Shown here piece after piece: positions 47,198-56,700 of a stretch of 64,000 bases of DNA. Origin of the DNA: a virus. Position 1 is the stretch's first letter; every line of letters starts with the position of its first letter. Where the stretch lies: positions 32,923 through 96,922 of IMG/VR virus record IMGVR_UViG_3300013947_000003. One strand, given 5' to 3'. Below the pieces are notes generated by a model. It was not told where the DNA came from and made no database searches. It saw only the letters and a list, made by a program, of their open reading frames with translations. The position numbers were made by a program, and so were the translations under genes.

Positions 47198-47490
47198 TTA
47201 TGAAGAATAAAGAAGTATGTAAAGAATTTATCTGCCGTAGAGTAGCATCAGGGAGTAATTTAATTTCAACAGGGGATAAGTTATTTTCTTATAATACCTG
47301 TATAGCACAATGGTATCCTAATGGAGTAATATATAATGAAACTAAGTATTCATCTACTACCAGTAGGCATCAAAGCTATTTAAAAAGTGCTATTACCCAT
47401 AATATAGGATGGGAAAGAGCGGTAATAATAGATAATATAAATTTTAATACAAGAGACTTAACATCTGATTATGAAAGAGTATATATGTAA
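47185..47490 (+). CDS. Hypothetical 101-aa protein (conserved phage pattern LFSYNTCIA..YSSTTSRHQ)
   Basis: Track ORF. Confidence 0.5.
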   Translation: MDTLIMKNKEVCKEFICRRVASGSNLISTGDKLFSYNTCIAQWYPNGVIYNETKYSSTTSRHQSYLKSAITHNIGWERAVIIDNINFNTRDLTSDYERVYM

Positions 47491-47866
47491 AAAAGATTTT
47501 TATATTGAGGATACACAGTTTGCTAAAGAAGGAGATCACGTTATATTAATGCCGGATAATAATACTGTAGTTAATACTAATGGTAACCAAAAAGTAACTT
47601 GTATGCCTCAAATTGTAGGGGATAAAGAATTTTTTACTCCCACATTTGAACGTATAAAACCTGACATGGTTAATTCTCCTTCTCATTATTCTTGGTTAAA
47701 AGATAAGTGTGGTATTGAAGTAATTGATATTGCAAGACATTTAGATTTTGACTTAGGTAATGCAATTAAATACATACTTAGAGCGGGGAGGAAGAGGGAT
47801 GCAATAGAAGATCTAAAGAAGGCTATATGGTATTTAAATGATAAAATAAAACTATTAGAAAAATGA
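47471..47866 (+). CDS. DUF3310-like phage protein
   Basis: SPSHY..IEVIDI..LGNAIKYILRAGRK..DLKKAIWYL pattern. Confidence 0.55.
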   Translation: MKEYICKKDFYIEDTQFAKEGDHVILMPDNNTVVNTNGNQKVTCMPQIVGDKEFFTPTFERIKPDMVNSPSHYSWLKDKCGIEVIDIARHLDFDLGNAIKYILRAGRKRDAIEDLKKAIWYLNDKIKLLEK

Positions 47867-48111
47867 AAATAATTAAATTTGGTGCACCTTGGTGTGGTCA
47901 ATGTAAGGTAATGGTTAGTGAACTCAAGGAAACACCTTTAGATGTTCCTGTTGAAGAAATTAGTGTAGATAATGATGAAAAAGATTTAACTACCTTATTC
48001 GGTGTTAGATCTCTTCCCACACTGATCTTACTTAAAGGTGATAATGAAATTAAACGTTGGGTAGGACTTACAAAGCCCTCGGAAATAAATGATTATATTA
48101 AATCTATATGA
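47863..48111 (+). CDS. Thioredoxin/glutaredoxin-like protein
   Basis: FGAPWCGQCK active site in an 82-aa ORF. Confidence 0.7.
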   Translation: MKIIKFGAPWCGQCKVMVSELKETPLDVPVEEISVDNDEKDLTTLFGVRSLPTLILLKGDNEIKRWVGLTKPSEINDYIKSI

Positions 48112-48248
48112 TTTGGGCATTAGCATTAATAGTACTTATAATACTATTTTGGATAATTAAAATAAGTATAGATATTAAATACTTATTTGAAGAGTTTGAA
48201 AAACAGTATCCACATTTATTTGACCCTAAAGACGATGAAACTGATTAA
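48108..48248 (+). CDS. 46-aa single-pass membrane peptide
   Basis: ATGA overlap with the thioredoxin-like gene. MIWALALIVLIILFWII. Confidence 0.35.
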   Translation: MIWALALIVLIILFWIIKISIDIKYLFEEFEKQYPHLFDPKDDETD

Positions 48249-49035
48249 ACCTTCAATAGAAATAATGCATATACCTCTTGATTTTAAAGAGGCTTTAGAA
48301 CAGATAGAATTGGCAGCAAGAGTGTGCTATAAATCAGAATGTAATATACAATATGATGATGATAATAGAAGTATTACTGCTGAACCATTTGTATCTAAAT
48401 TATTAAATGTATATAAACATAGAAGTGTTGCAGAACACGGTACTATATATTTAACAGTACCTAAAAATTGTAGTGTGTCAGAACTTGATTGGATATGGTT
48501 TTTAGTAGCAAATCCATACACCAAATTTAATGAAGATGATAATTATGATTATATAACAACTAATTATAGAGTTATAGTCGATAATAATCTACAAAAAGCG
48601 CTTAAATTTCTAAGTACACCCACCGATAAACATGAAAAAAGAATTACTGTAAGGTTTATATGTAGTAGAGTATGTGCACAACAGTTAACAAGACATAGAT
48701 GTGCTTCATTTTCTATGGAAAGTCAACGTTTTTGCTCCTATGATAAGGGTAAATTTAATAATGAAATTACTTTTATTTATCTTGGTGAAGGCATAAATCC
48801 TATACAAGCAGAGTTATACCAACATGCTGAACATGTTTATATGGAGCTTATAGATAAAGGTTTTAAACCTCAAGAAGCAAGAATGGTTTTACCTAACGCT
48901 ACTAAAACTGAACTAGTAATGACCGCTTTTCAAAGTGATTGGAGTAACATATTTGAATTACGTTGCTCTAATAAAGCAGACGAGGAAATTAGATTATTAT
49001 GTACAACACTTAAAGAAAAAATAAATGCGTATTAA
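48235..49035 (+). CDS. thyX: Flavin-dependent thymidylate synthase ThyX
   Basis: RHRCASFSMESQR (RHRxxSxxxxSxR) signature. Internal ATG used. Confidence 0.8.
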   Translation: MKLIKPSIEIMHIPLDFKEALEQIELAARVCYKSECNIQYDDDNRSITAEPFVSKLLNVYKHRSVAEHGTIYLTVPKNCSVSELDWIWFLVANPYTKFNEDDNYDYITTNYRVIVDNNLQKALKFLSTPTDKHEKRITVRFICSRVCAQQLTRHRCASFSMESQRFCSYDKGKFNNEITFIYLGEGINPIQAELYQHAEHVYMELIDKGFKPQEARMVLPNATKTELVMTAFQSDWSNIFELRCSNKADEEIRLLCTTLKEKINAY

Positions 49036-49252
49036 AACTAATTGGAATTTATATATTAAAGATTTAAAAGAAAAACCCTTATATGCAGAATGTATAATAG
49101 AGAAGAAGGGGGAAAAATACCCCGAAGATGTTATATATTCTTTTAATCCTAGAGATAAAGAACATTTCGATTCTGTAGAAGAGTTTATTAAATTCATTAA
49201 AAAAAGTAAAAGTGAGTTCGAATTGATAGATTGTTATTTTAAGAGTAAATGA
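49025..49252 (+). CDS. Hypothetical 75-aa protein
   Basis: Track ORF. A GA-rich hairpin follows at about 49257-49300. Confidence 0.45.
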   Translation: MRIKTNWNLYIKDLKEKPLYAECIIEKKGEKYPEDVIYSFNPRDKEHFDSVEEFIKFIKKSKSEFELIDCYFKSK

Positions 49253-49325
49253 TTATAGGGGGAGGAGAAAGAATTATTTCTTCTCCTCTTCCCCTATTCC
49301 TAATTTAGATATTATAATCAGTAAC

Positions 49326-49730
49326 ATGTTTAAGAAGTTAAAGAAAAAAATTAAATTGTGGAATGAATACCACAATCCATTTTTTCCATGGTATAAAGCA
49401 AGAAAAAAGTTTAAAAGACCTAAAGCACATTTTATATATGAAAAAAATGTATGGTTTTACGGAATGCCTATTAATAAGGAATTATATAATCCTATTTTAA
49501 GTATTCATTTGTCTTCCTTAGGTTGGAAAACCAAGTATGAAATGTTTAGGCATGAATGGGATCCATATATAGATATTTGCTTCTTTAGAAAATATCACTT
49601 TATGTGGGTTTTCAATTATGCTAAAACTATTGAAAATAAAGCAACCGACGAAGATTTTAATAAGTCTTATACTGATAATATATATTATTGGGAATCAATG
49701 TTAGAATATTTATATGGCAAAAAATTATAA
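49326..49730 (+). CDS. Hypothetical 134-aa protein
   Basis: Track ORF. Confidence 0.5.
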   Translation: MFKKLKKKIKLWNEYHNPFFPWYKARKKFKRPKAHFIYEKNVWFYGMPINKELYNPILSIHLSSLGWKTKYEMFRHEWDPYIDICFFRKYHFMWVFNYAKTIENKATDEDFNKSYTDNIYYWESMLEYLYGKKL

Positions 49731-49899
49731 ACTTTGGAATGTAGGAGAAAAAGTTGTAATAACCAGAACTGGACCTAAAAATAATGATTTAGGTAAAGAA
49801 GGAGTTATTACTTGTGTCAGAAATAGTTTTTGTAAAATACTTATTGATGGTAAAGAATACAACCATACTTACGGACAATTTAAAAGAATTGAAGAATGA
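49714..49899 (+). CDS. Hypothetical 61-aa protein
   Basis: Track ORF. Confidence 0.45.
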   Translation: MAKNYKLWNVGEKVVITRTGPKNNDLGKEGVITCVRNSFCKILIDGKEYNHTYGQFKRIEE

Positions 49900-50138
49900 A
49901 ATTAACATATACTGATGGATGCACTACCTATAATTTAAGTATTGACGGTAAATGTGCAGAAGATCTTACTGTAGATGAAAAGAAAGAAATAATGAAATCA
50001 TTAATTGACAAATATGAAGATATTTGTGATTTTAAAAATATGATTATAGATTTCCTTGAAATGAATGCAGAACCCGAATTTAAATACCACTGTGATCAAT
50101 GCGGTGATAGTGTTTATGAATATACTTTAGAGATATGA
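49896..50138 (+). CDS. Hypothetical 80-aa protein
   Basis: Track ORF with ATGA overlaps. Confidence 0.5.
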   Translation: MKLTYTDGCTTYNLSIDGKCAEDLTVDEKKEIMKSLIDKYEDICDFKNMIIDFLEMNAEPEFKYHCDQCGDSVYEYTLEI

Positions 50139-50431
50139 ATAGTTTTAACGTAATAATTGAAGATAATGGTAAGTTCATTCCTTATGATGTAATACCTTAT
50201 CTTTATGAAAGGTACAAAAAATCAAAACCAAAACCCAAAACTCACGAAAATTTAAAAGCATGGATTAAAAATGAATCTATGCGACAATGGTGGAGTCGCT
50301 GTGAATATGAAATAATAATATCGGATTGGCCGCCATCAGGCAAAGAAGAAAAATGGGATGTGTATAAGCAAATAGAAATAAATCTTGATTTAATAACTAG
50401 TATCTTAGAAAAAGAAATTAAAAAGAAATAA
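50135..50431 (+). CDS. Hypothetical 98-aa protein
   Basis: Track ORF. Confidence 0.5.
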   Translation: MNSFNVIIEDNGKFIPYDVIPYLYERYKKSKPKPKTHENLKAWIKNESMRQWWSRCEYEIIISDWPPSGKEEKWDVYKQIEINLDLITSILEKEIKKK

Positions 50432-50458
50432 AATACATAATACTTTAATTAAATGTGA

Positions 50459-50650
50459 ATGAAATATATAATACTTTATTTGACATTGGAAAATGGAGAC
50501 CATATTCCAAATTATAATGTGGTATCTTCTAAAGAAAACATTTTAAGTTTTATAGAAAAAGCTAAGAAAGATTATTTAGCTTGTAACTTTAGAATATTTG
50601 AACTTGGTTCTGAAATAACTGAAGAATATGAAATATATAATCCTATATGA
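50459..50650 (+). CDS. Hypothetical 63-aa protein, paralog of 50628-50828
   Basis: Both start MKYIILY and share the (I/V)FELG(S/D) pattern. Confidence 0.5.
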   Translation: MKYIILYLTLENGDHIPNYNVVSSKENILSFIEKAKKDYLACNFRIFELGSEITEEYEIYNPI

Positions 50651-50828
50651 TTGGGAGGGCGGTAATACCGCCACCCAAACAGACTATGAAATAGCCACTT
50701 CTTTACATGAAGTGCAGGAAATAGTTGACAATATACCCAAAGAAGTTGGGCGAAGTTATATTGAAGTCTTTGAGTTGGGCGATGATATTAGTACTAAATT
50801 TATAGGAACTAAAATTGAATGGCAATGA
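50628..50828 (+). CDS. Hypothetical 66-aa protein, paralog of 50459-50650
   Basis: See the paralog entry. Confidence 0.5.
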   Translation: MKYIILYDWEGGNTATQTDYEIATSLHEVQEIVDNIPKEVGRSYIEVFELGDDISTKFIGTKIEWQ

Positions 50829-51088
50829 CTATTGAAGAATATAACAAAATAAAGGCTTCCCTTGATGAAGCAAAAAGATACATTGAAGTTATTAGCTGTT
50901 GTGAATCTTTAGATAAATATAAAGATAAAAAGAAACTGGAAATTAAAATAAATGTAGGTGATGAATCTGATTTTTATTCCTGGAGAGTTTGGACACTAAA
51001 TAGCTATGATGAAGATCTTCTTCTTGATGTTATGAGTGCTATTAAAAAGTATCAAGCGAGGCTAATTGATAAGTTGGAAGGATTATAA
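50819..51088 (+). CDS. Hypothetical 89-aa protein
   Basis: Track ORF. Confidence 0.5.
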   Translation: MAMTIEEYNKIKASLDEAKRYIEVISCCESLDKYKDKKKLEIKINVGDESDFYSWRVWTLNSYDEDLLLDVMSAIKKYQARLIDKLEGL

Positions 51089-51488
51089 TGAATTTTAAAT
51101 ATATAGTCATATATTCAAGTTATTCAAAAAGAAAGAAAAGAAAAAAATTAATTCAAAAGAGCTTTGGAATCTTGATATAACAATTATTGAATGGCTTGTC
51201 CCGAGACTTAAAGCTTTTAGAGAACAGACAGAAGGTTATCCTGGTGATATTACTGAAGAAGAATGGGATAATATCCTTGATAAAATTATCACAGGCCTCG
51301 AAGCTTATAAAGCAGAACATGATTGGGATGATAATATCTCAAAGAAAGAAAATATGGAGTGTGCTAAAATATTCTATGCCGATAAAAATGCAAAGTTTCA
51401 AGAAGCTATGCGATTATTAGCTAAACATTTTAAAAAAGTCTTTGATGGTAACGGTAATTCCGAAAGAAATAACAATTCTCAAGCATAA
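51088..51488 (+). CDS. About 133-aa protein that needs a -1 shift at A_AAA_AAA (51141-51147), or a homopolymer error
   Basis: The ATG 51088 frame stops at 51178-51180. The -1 frame is open from 51099 to TAA 51486-51488, has no start codon of its own and encodes protein-like sequence (ELWNLDITIIEWLVPRLKAFREQTEGYPGDITEEEWDNILDKII..). Confidence 0.45.
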
Positions 51489-51768
51489 AATCAAAGTCAT
51501 ACATGTAAGGACTTTGGAAGATAAGTTTGGTGAATTTGATCCTGTAAAACTTGAGATAAAAATTGCCCAATATGCACTTTCAAATGATAAGGAAGTTGCT
51601 TTATCCTCTGAGCAAGTACTTCATACGTTTTGGCACGAAGTCTTCCACGTCTTTCAATGGTTTTATGAAGGAGAATATAATGAAGGTCAATCCCAGACTT
51701 ACGCAGGGTTTATGTTAGAGGTTTTTGATGCAATAGAGAAAATAAGTAAAGATATAAAATGTTCTTAA
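51445..51768 (+). CDS. HExxH-motif protein (putative metallopeptidase)
   Basis: FWHEVFHVFQW motif. Confidence 0.5.
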   Translation: MVTVIPKEITILKHKIKVIHVRTLEDKFGEFDPVKLEIKIAQYALSNDKEVALSSEQVLHTFWHEVFHVFQWFYEGEYNEGQSQTYAGFMLEVFDAIEKISKDIKCS

Positions 51769-51846
51769 TGGGATTTATTATGGGGCTTTTAACAGGTCTA
51801 TTTATCACATGTGTAGTTGGTATGTATTTACAAAAAGGTGATTAAT

Positions 51847-52176
51847 ATGATGGCATTATATATTATAGGAACCCTTTTCGCAATTATGTTAATTATAAGC
51901 TATTTTTATAGAGTATATGAAAATACTCAATGTAAAAAAGAAGGTATAAAACAAGACAAATGTCCTAACTTTAAAGAACCACATAAATTTTATTATCTAA
52001 TTAAATGGTGGTCTATTTTAGATAAAAACCATCCATTTTCAAATAATGTATATAGTAATGGAGATGTTTCCCAAGTTAGAAAAATAATAAAGAAATTGAG
52101 AAAAAGGTATGGAGCCACTCTTAATTATGTTGTATACGAACAAAGAGATTTAACTGATTTTATTGATTGGGAATGA
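51847..52176 (+). CDS. Hypothetical membrane protein (109 aa)
   Basis: First ATG in track ORF 51817. N-terminal TM segment. Confidence 0.45.
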   Translation: MMALYIIGTLFAIMLIISYFYRVYENTQCKKEGIKQDKCPNFKEPHKFYYLIKWWSILDKNHPFSNNVYSNGDVSQVRKIIKKLRKRYGATLNYVVYEQRDLTDFIDWE

Positions 52177-52216
52177 GTTTTACAGTTTTACTATATTACC
52201 CCTATATTTAAAAATT

Positions 52217-52369
52217 ATGGGAAAGAGATATTTAAGCACAACAGATGGAATAATCTTAGTCTTTATTATTGGATTATTAACTTTAGTGACTTGGTCTCTC
52301 AGTGAAAAGGTTGACAACCTTTCTATAGAAATAGTTCAAATAGAAAAGCAAATAGATACAATAAAATAA
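52217..52369 (+). CDS. Hypothetical 50-aa membrane protein
   Basis: First ATG in track ORF 52163. Confidence 0.4.
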   Translation: MGKRYLSTTDGIILVFIIGLLTLVTWSLSEKVDNLSIEIVQIEKQIDTIK

Positions 52370-52401
52370 ATAATTATATTAATTAATGAGATTAATAAGA
52401 A

Positions 52402-52626
52402 ATGAGCAAACTATTAGAAAGTCTTGAAAATTACTTCAGGAATACACCGAAAGAGCAATTAGACAAAGACTGGGAAGAAATTGAATATCTCAATGAAATC
52501 GGTCCTGATGTCTTTGAGTATGCTGAATTTGTAAAAAATCAACATTTTATACCATCTTGTTGGAAAGAGGGAGAACAGGAGAAAGAATATAATGCAACAA
52601 ACACTTCTATAAGCGTAGATAAGTGA
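52402..52626 (+). CDS. Hypothetical 74-aa acidic protein
   Basis: Track ORF. Confidence 0.5.
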   Translation: MSKLLESLENYFRNTPKEQLDKDWEEIEYLNEIGPDVFEYAEFVKNQHFIPSCWKEGEQEKEYNATNTSISVDK

Positions 52627-52991
52627 TTTAATATATTTTAAGACTCTAAAATTAAATGTTTTAGACAATTTATTATATAAATAAATAATATAACAACTTA
52701 AAACAAAAGTCTTTGTAAGTCTTTAGATGCTGTTGAAAATTGCATAGAGCGTCTCAAAAGTAAATATGAAATTCAATGGTTAAAAGTATTTCCAATGTCA
52801 TCTGAATTGACACAATATGGCATAGATAATGGGGTTAAATCCTCTGTTCTCTAAACCAACTCAATTAAACTTTTAAAAGAAGTACTGGGGAATTAAATAT
52901 CGATGGTAGTCTATTAAAGCCATAATAAGGAGAATTCCTAAATGGAATCTCCCCATTGGAGCTATTGTCAAGGTAGATAGGAGAATGAATT

Positions 52992-53465
52992 ATGTTTTTC
53001 AAATTAAAAAATGATATGGGAACAAATTTCTATATAAAAAAATATATGACTTCTGAACAAAAAAAGAAAGTCATAGATGCTATCAATAATGACCAATATG
53101 ATGAAGCCAGAGATATTATAGCTGAAGTTGGGGAGATTCACATAGGGAAAAGATCTTGTGGATGGAAATTTCTTTGGGATGCAAATGACTTCAAGTATTT
53201 TAAACCCACTAAAGAATCCCTCATTGAATGGCTTAAATCGGGCCAGATCGTTGACGAGTATGGACAAGAATATACTTTTATGGAGTTTTGGAATGATGCA
53301 TTAGATGGATTTTGGGAAGGATATGATGCAATAACCTATGAAAAAGATTATCCTGGAAGAGGGCATTGGCGTAATCCATGTGCTATATTTTACGGTATAC
53401 CAGTAACGCTTGGAGAATTTTATATAGATGATTTACGTTTTAGTATATATACAGATTTTGGATAA
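52992..53465 (+). CDS. Hypothetical 157-aa protein
   Basis: Track ORF. Confidence 0.5.
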   Translation: MFFKLKNDMGTNFYIKKYMTSEQKKKVIDAINNDQYDEARDIIAEVGEIHIGKRSCGWKFLWDANDFKYFKPTKESLIEWLKSGQIVDEYGQEYTFMEFWNDALDGFWEGYDAITYEKDYPGRGHWRNPCAIFYGIPVTLGEFYIDDLRFSIYTDFG

Positions 53466-53641
53466 TGGGAATAACATATAAAAGAAAAACTAATAAAAAA
53501 GCAACTCTTAAATTAATGAGTGCAATAAGTTCATATTTATTTGAACAGGAATGTGATGAACTTAAAGGAGTTGGTAATACGTATATAAATAAAATAAAAG
53601 AAGCATGTAAGGTTCTTACTTCTATAGTAAATAAAAATTAG
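53465..53641 (+). CDS. Hypothetical 58-aa protein, last early gene; ends in TAG used as stop
   Basis: TAATG overlap at the start. TAG at 53639-53641 is followed by a terminator. Confidence 0.45.
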   Translation: MGITYKRKTNKKATLKLMSAISSYLFEQECDELKGVGNTYINKIKEACKVLTSIVNKN

Positions 53642-53658
53642 TTGAACCATTATAAATA

Positions 53659-53707
53659 GGGGGGTAAGTTGCGGCATATGCTGCTTCTTGCCCCCTTATT
53701 TTTTTTA
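53659..53707 (+). terminator. Rho-independent terminator closing the early block
   Basis: gggggtaag...cttgccccc hairpin followed by ttatttttttt. Confidence 0.7.
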
Positions 53708-53760
53708 TAAGTAAGATATACATTTATTTAGAATTTATTGTGTTATAAGAAATTAATTAG

Positions 53761-53768
53761 TAATTTTG
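53761..53768 (+). promoter_or_regulatory. Bacteroidota-type -7 element TAATTTTG
   Basis: 23 nt upstream of the RNAP gene ATG at 53791. Confidence 0.45.
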
Positions 53769-53790
53769 TACTATTAAACAAAATATAAAT

Positions 53791-56700
53791 ATGGGAAAGT
53801 GTTATATAACATCTGACTTAGATAGAGCTGTAGCTAAAGCCGCCGGTAATTTCATGGGGAAAGGAAGTACAGCGCGGTACTTTGCATATATGCGAGGGCT
53901 ATATGATGAGAAAAATGGTGATTAGAATTGGAAAGCCATGAGTGTTGAAGAAGTAAAAAATCTTTTAACAAAATTTGAAGGAGATTTAAGAAAAGAAGAT
54001 ACTAGAAAAATAAAAGCGTCTGGTACAAATGCTTCTGATATGTTTGTACAACTTCAATAGGAAATTCCCGATGCAGTAATTAGAGAAACTAGAATTAGCT
54101 GGATTAGTCACCTGTTTAGTGAAACTGTAGATAGAATAGCAGAAAATGACTCTAGGTCTTTGGGTCTGGATAGAAAATTTATTATTAAAGGAACTATTGA
54201 CGAAGAAGGTAATACTATTTTTGGATAGAGTTACATATTTAATGCTATGTATAGAATACTTGGATCAAAATTTACCAGTGCTTGGGATACATATAAAAGC
54301 ACTGATTCAAATATAACAGAAGAATAGAAAAAACAAGCATTATATAAAGCACAGCAAATACGTTTAGTTTTAAGAAATTGGCCAGCATTTGTAACTATTG
54401 CTAGGCTTAGAATTAGAGATATTGAAGGAATAAAGTTAGGAGCCTTTAATGATTTTACAGCTGATGCAGATGAAGGTAATTTTGAAATAGAGAATTTACA
54501 AGAAAAAATTGATATAGAAGAAACTTCTATTAGAGAAGGGTGGTAGGAAATAGCAGAATCTATGTCAGCATATGCTTCAATAGGCGCAGAAGTTAGAGAA
54601 CTACTAGCTTCTATACCACAACGTAATTAGTTTGGAGAGGTGGAAAAAGATGATTTAGGCAACACTAAGTATTTAGATCCTTTATAGGTACACCAGACTT
54701 TATTAGATGCAGTAAGAGGTTCTACTTCTGAAGCAAGTATGCTTAGAAAGCTTACAAAATATGTTAATTCTCAGTATAAGGAAAGTCATAGTAAAACAGG
54801 AGCAAATAGAAGAAGATATTGGTTAGCCCCTATATTAGATAAGTTGACTTTATCTGTAGAAGATGATGATGGTGGAATTACTATATTTGAAACTACTTAG
54901 GATTATCTAGATGCACTATCGGAAGAGCAAAAAAAACTAGCAGTAGCAATTGCTTAGGGAGATTAGGAAAACATAGAAATACTAACTGACAATATAGAAG
55001 GTATGAAAGAATCTGTAGAAAGAGCAGCAAGGTTAAGAAGTAAAGTTTTTGCCGATTTAAAGCGCAATTTTCAACCTTTATATGTAGTACAGGAAGTTTT
55101 TGAGAAAGGGGTACATTATTTAAAAACTACATGTTTAAATGATAAAAAAGGTTTCAGTTTTTCAGAATAGGCACAAGCAAATCTAAAGAGAGGGCGTTCT
55201 GAAAAAGATGAAACTAACCCTCTTATTTCTAAAAGAGGAAGTAATGCACTTCCATAGGTTAGCAAAGAAAATGTAGATGCACTTGCAAAATTTATAGAAA
55301 ACAAATTCATTAAGGGTGAAAATGTAGATCTTATTAGTGGTAAATCATCATCGTGGTTTATGACAAAATCTGAGGATGAAAGCACTAAATAGGAAAAAAT
55401 ATCTGCAGTTCAGTATATTGGCAAGACTCTTGGATTTAATATTTCAAACGAAGCTGCTACTAAGATTGTAACAAATTCTAGATATGCAAAGAGATTTCAA
55501 ACTGCCATGTAGAACCTTCATAAATATGGATTAACCCATTCTTAGATGGCCAAACAATTTAAAAATGGAGGAAGTTTAAATATTATTGACTTTTTAAATG
55601 TTAAACCGGGAGGTTCTGTAAGTGAAAAAGGTGCAGTTACCGAAGCAATCGAGGTAATAGGTGATGTAATATCTGCAGTAACAACTACCTAGGAAGTACG
55701 AGTTTCCTATAAAGATAAAAAAGGTAAAAATACAATGTTATCCAGTGATGTATTGCCTTCCTATTTAGGAGATTTTGTAGAAGACATTAAGGAATTTGTT
55801 GATAATAAAGATACTGCAGGTCTTAGAAGTTTCCTTGAAGAGAGGTACTTTAATAACTGTCCAATGTTTGCTGTAAAAGATGAAAATGGAAACTGGAAAA
55901 TCCATAATATATGGTTAAGAGAATTATATAATTCAGATCTTTCTGAAGACGGAAATTTTGCAGAAATATTTGGCTCATTTAGACTTTTAGGGGACTCTAA
56001 AAATACAGGCGCTAAAAGGTTTGAAAACTATACTAAAAAACGTCATGCCTGGTCAATGCTGGAGTTGTTTTTAGCCCCAAGAAAACTTGCAGGCACAAAA
56101 GATAACAAAAAGGATTATGCTAATTATCCTTTATTTGTTTTAGGAGATAGTGGTGTTTGTAAAAATATAACTGCAAAATATTATACAAGAGATACAGTAA
56201 TGAAAGAGCTTGTGAGTCTAGCAAATACTGAAGTTGAACGTGCTAGATTGGTTTTAGAAATGAACCAAACATGTGAATTAAATGGTTGGGAAAAGCTGGA
56301 AACTTTTAGTGATGAAAATGCAGTATTAAAATTTACTTCTTTGCCCTTTTTAAATGATTACTTAGAGCTGAGAAAAGTTTAGGAAGTCAACCCCATAACC
56401 CAGGAGACAAAAACTGTTATAAAAGTATTTGATAAATTATCAGAAGAAGAAAAAGACTAGGGTAAAAAGGCTCAGGTTGTAAATGATGTTTATATAGAAA
56501 CTTGCATAAGACAAGCCATTGATAGGGATTTTGAAAATTTCTATAGACAGATAAGTGGAAATGAGGCTTTGAAATCAGATTCAGATATGGGGCTTACAAA
56601 TCTAAACTCTGGTAATAATGTTCCCTTATATTTAAGTGGGTTTTTGACAAAAAAGGAAATAGCAGATGCGCCAGAGAAAAGTAAAGAAGAAATGCAGGCA

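Noticed and set aside
51187-51420. Track ORF 51187..51420 (TTG start)
   Set aside because: A different frame across the same region encodes far more protein-like sequence and extends from 51099 to 51488, so the track ORF is most likely a shadow frame.
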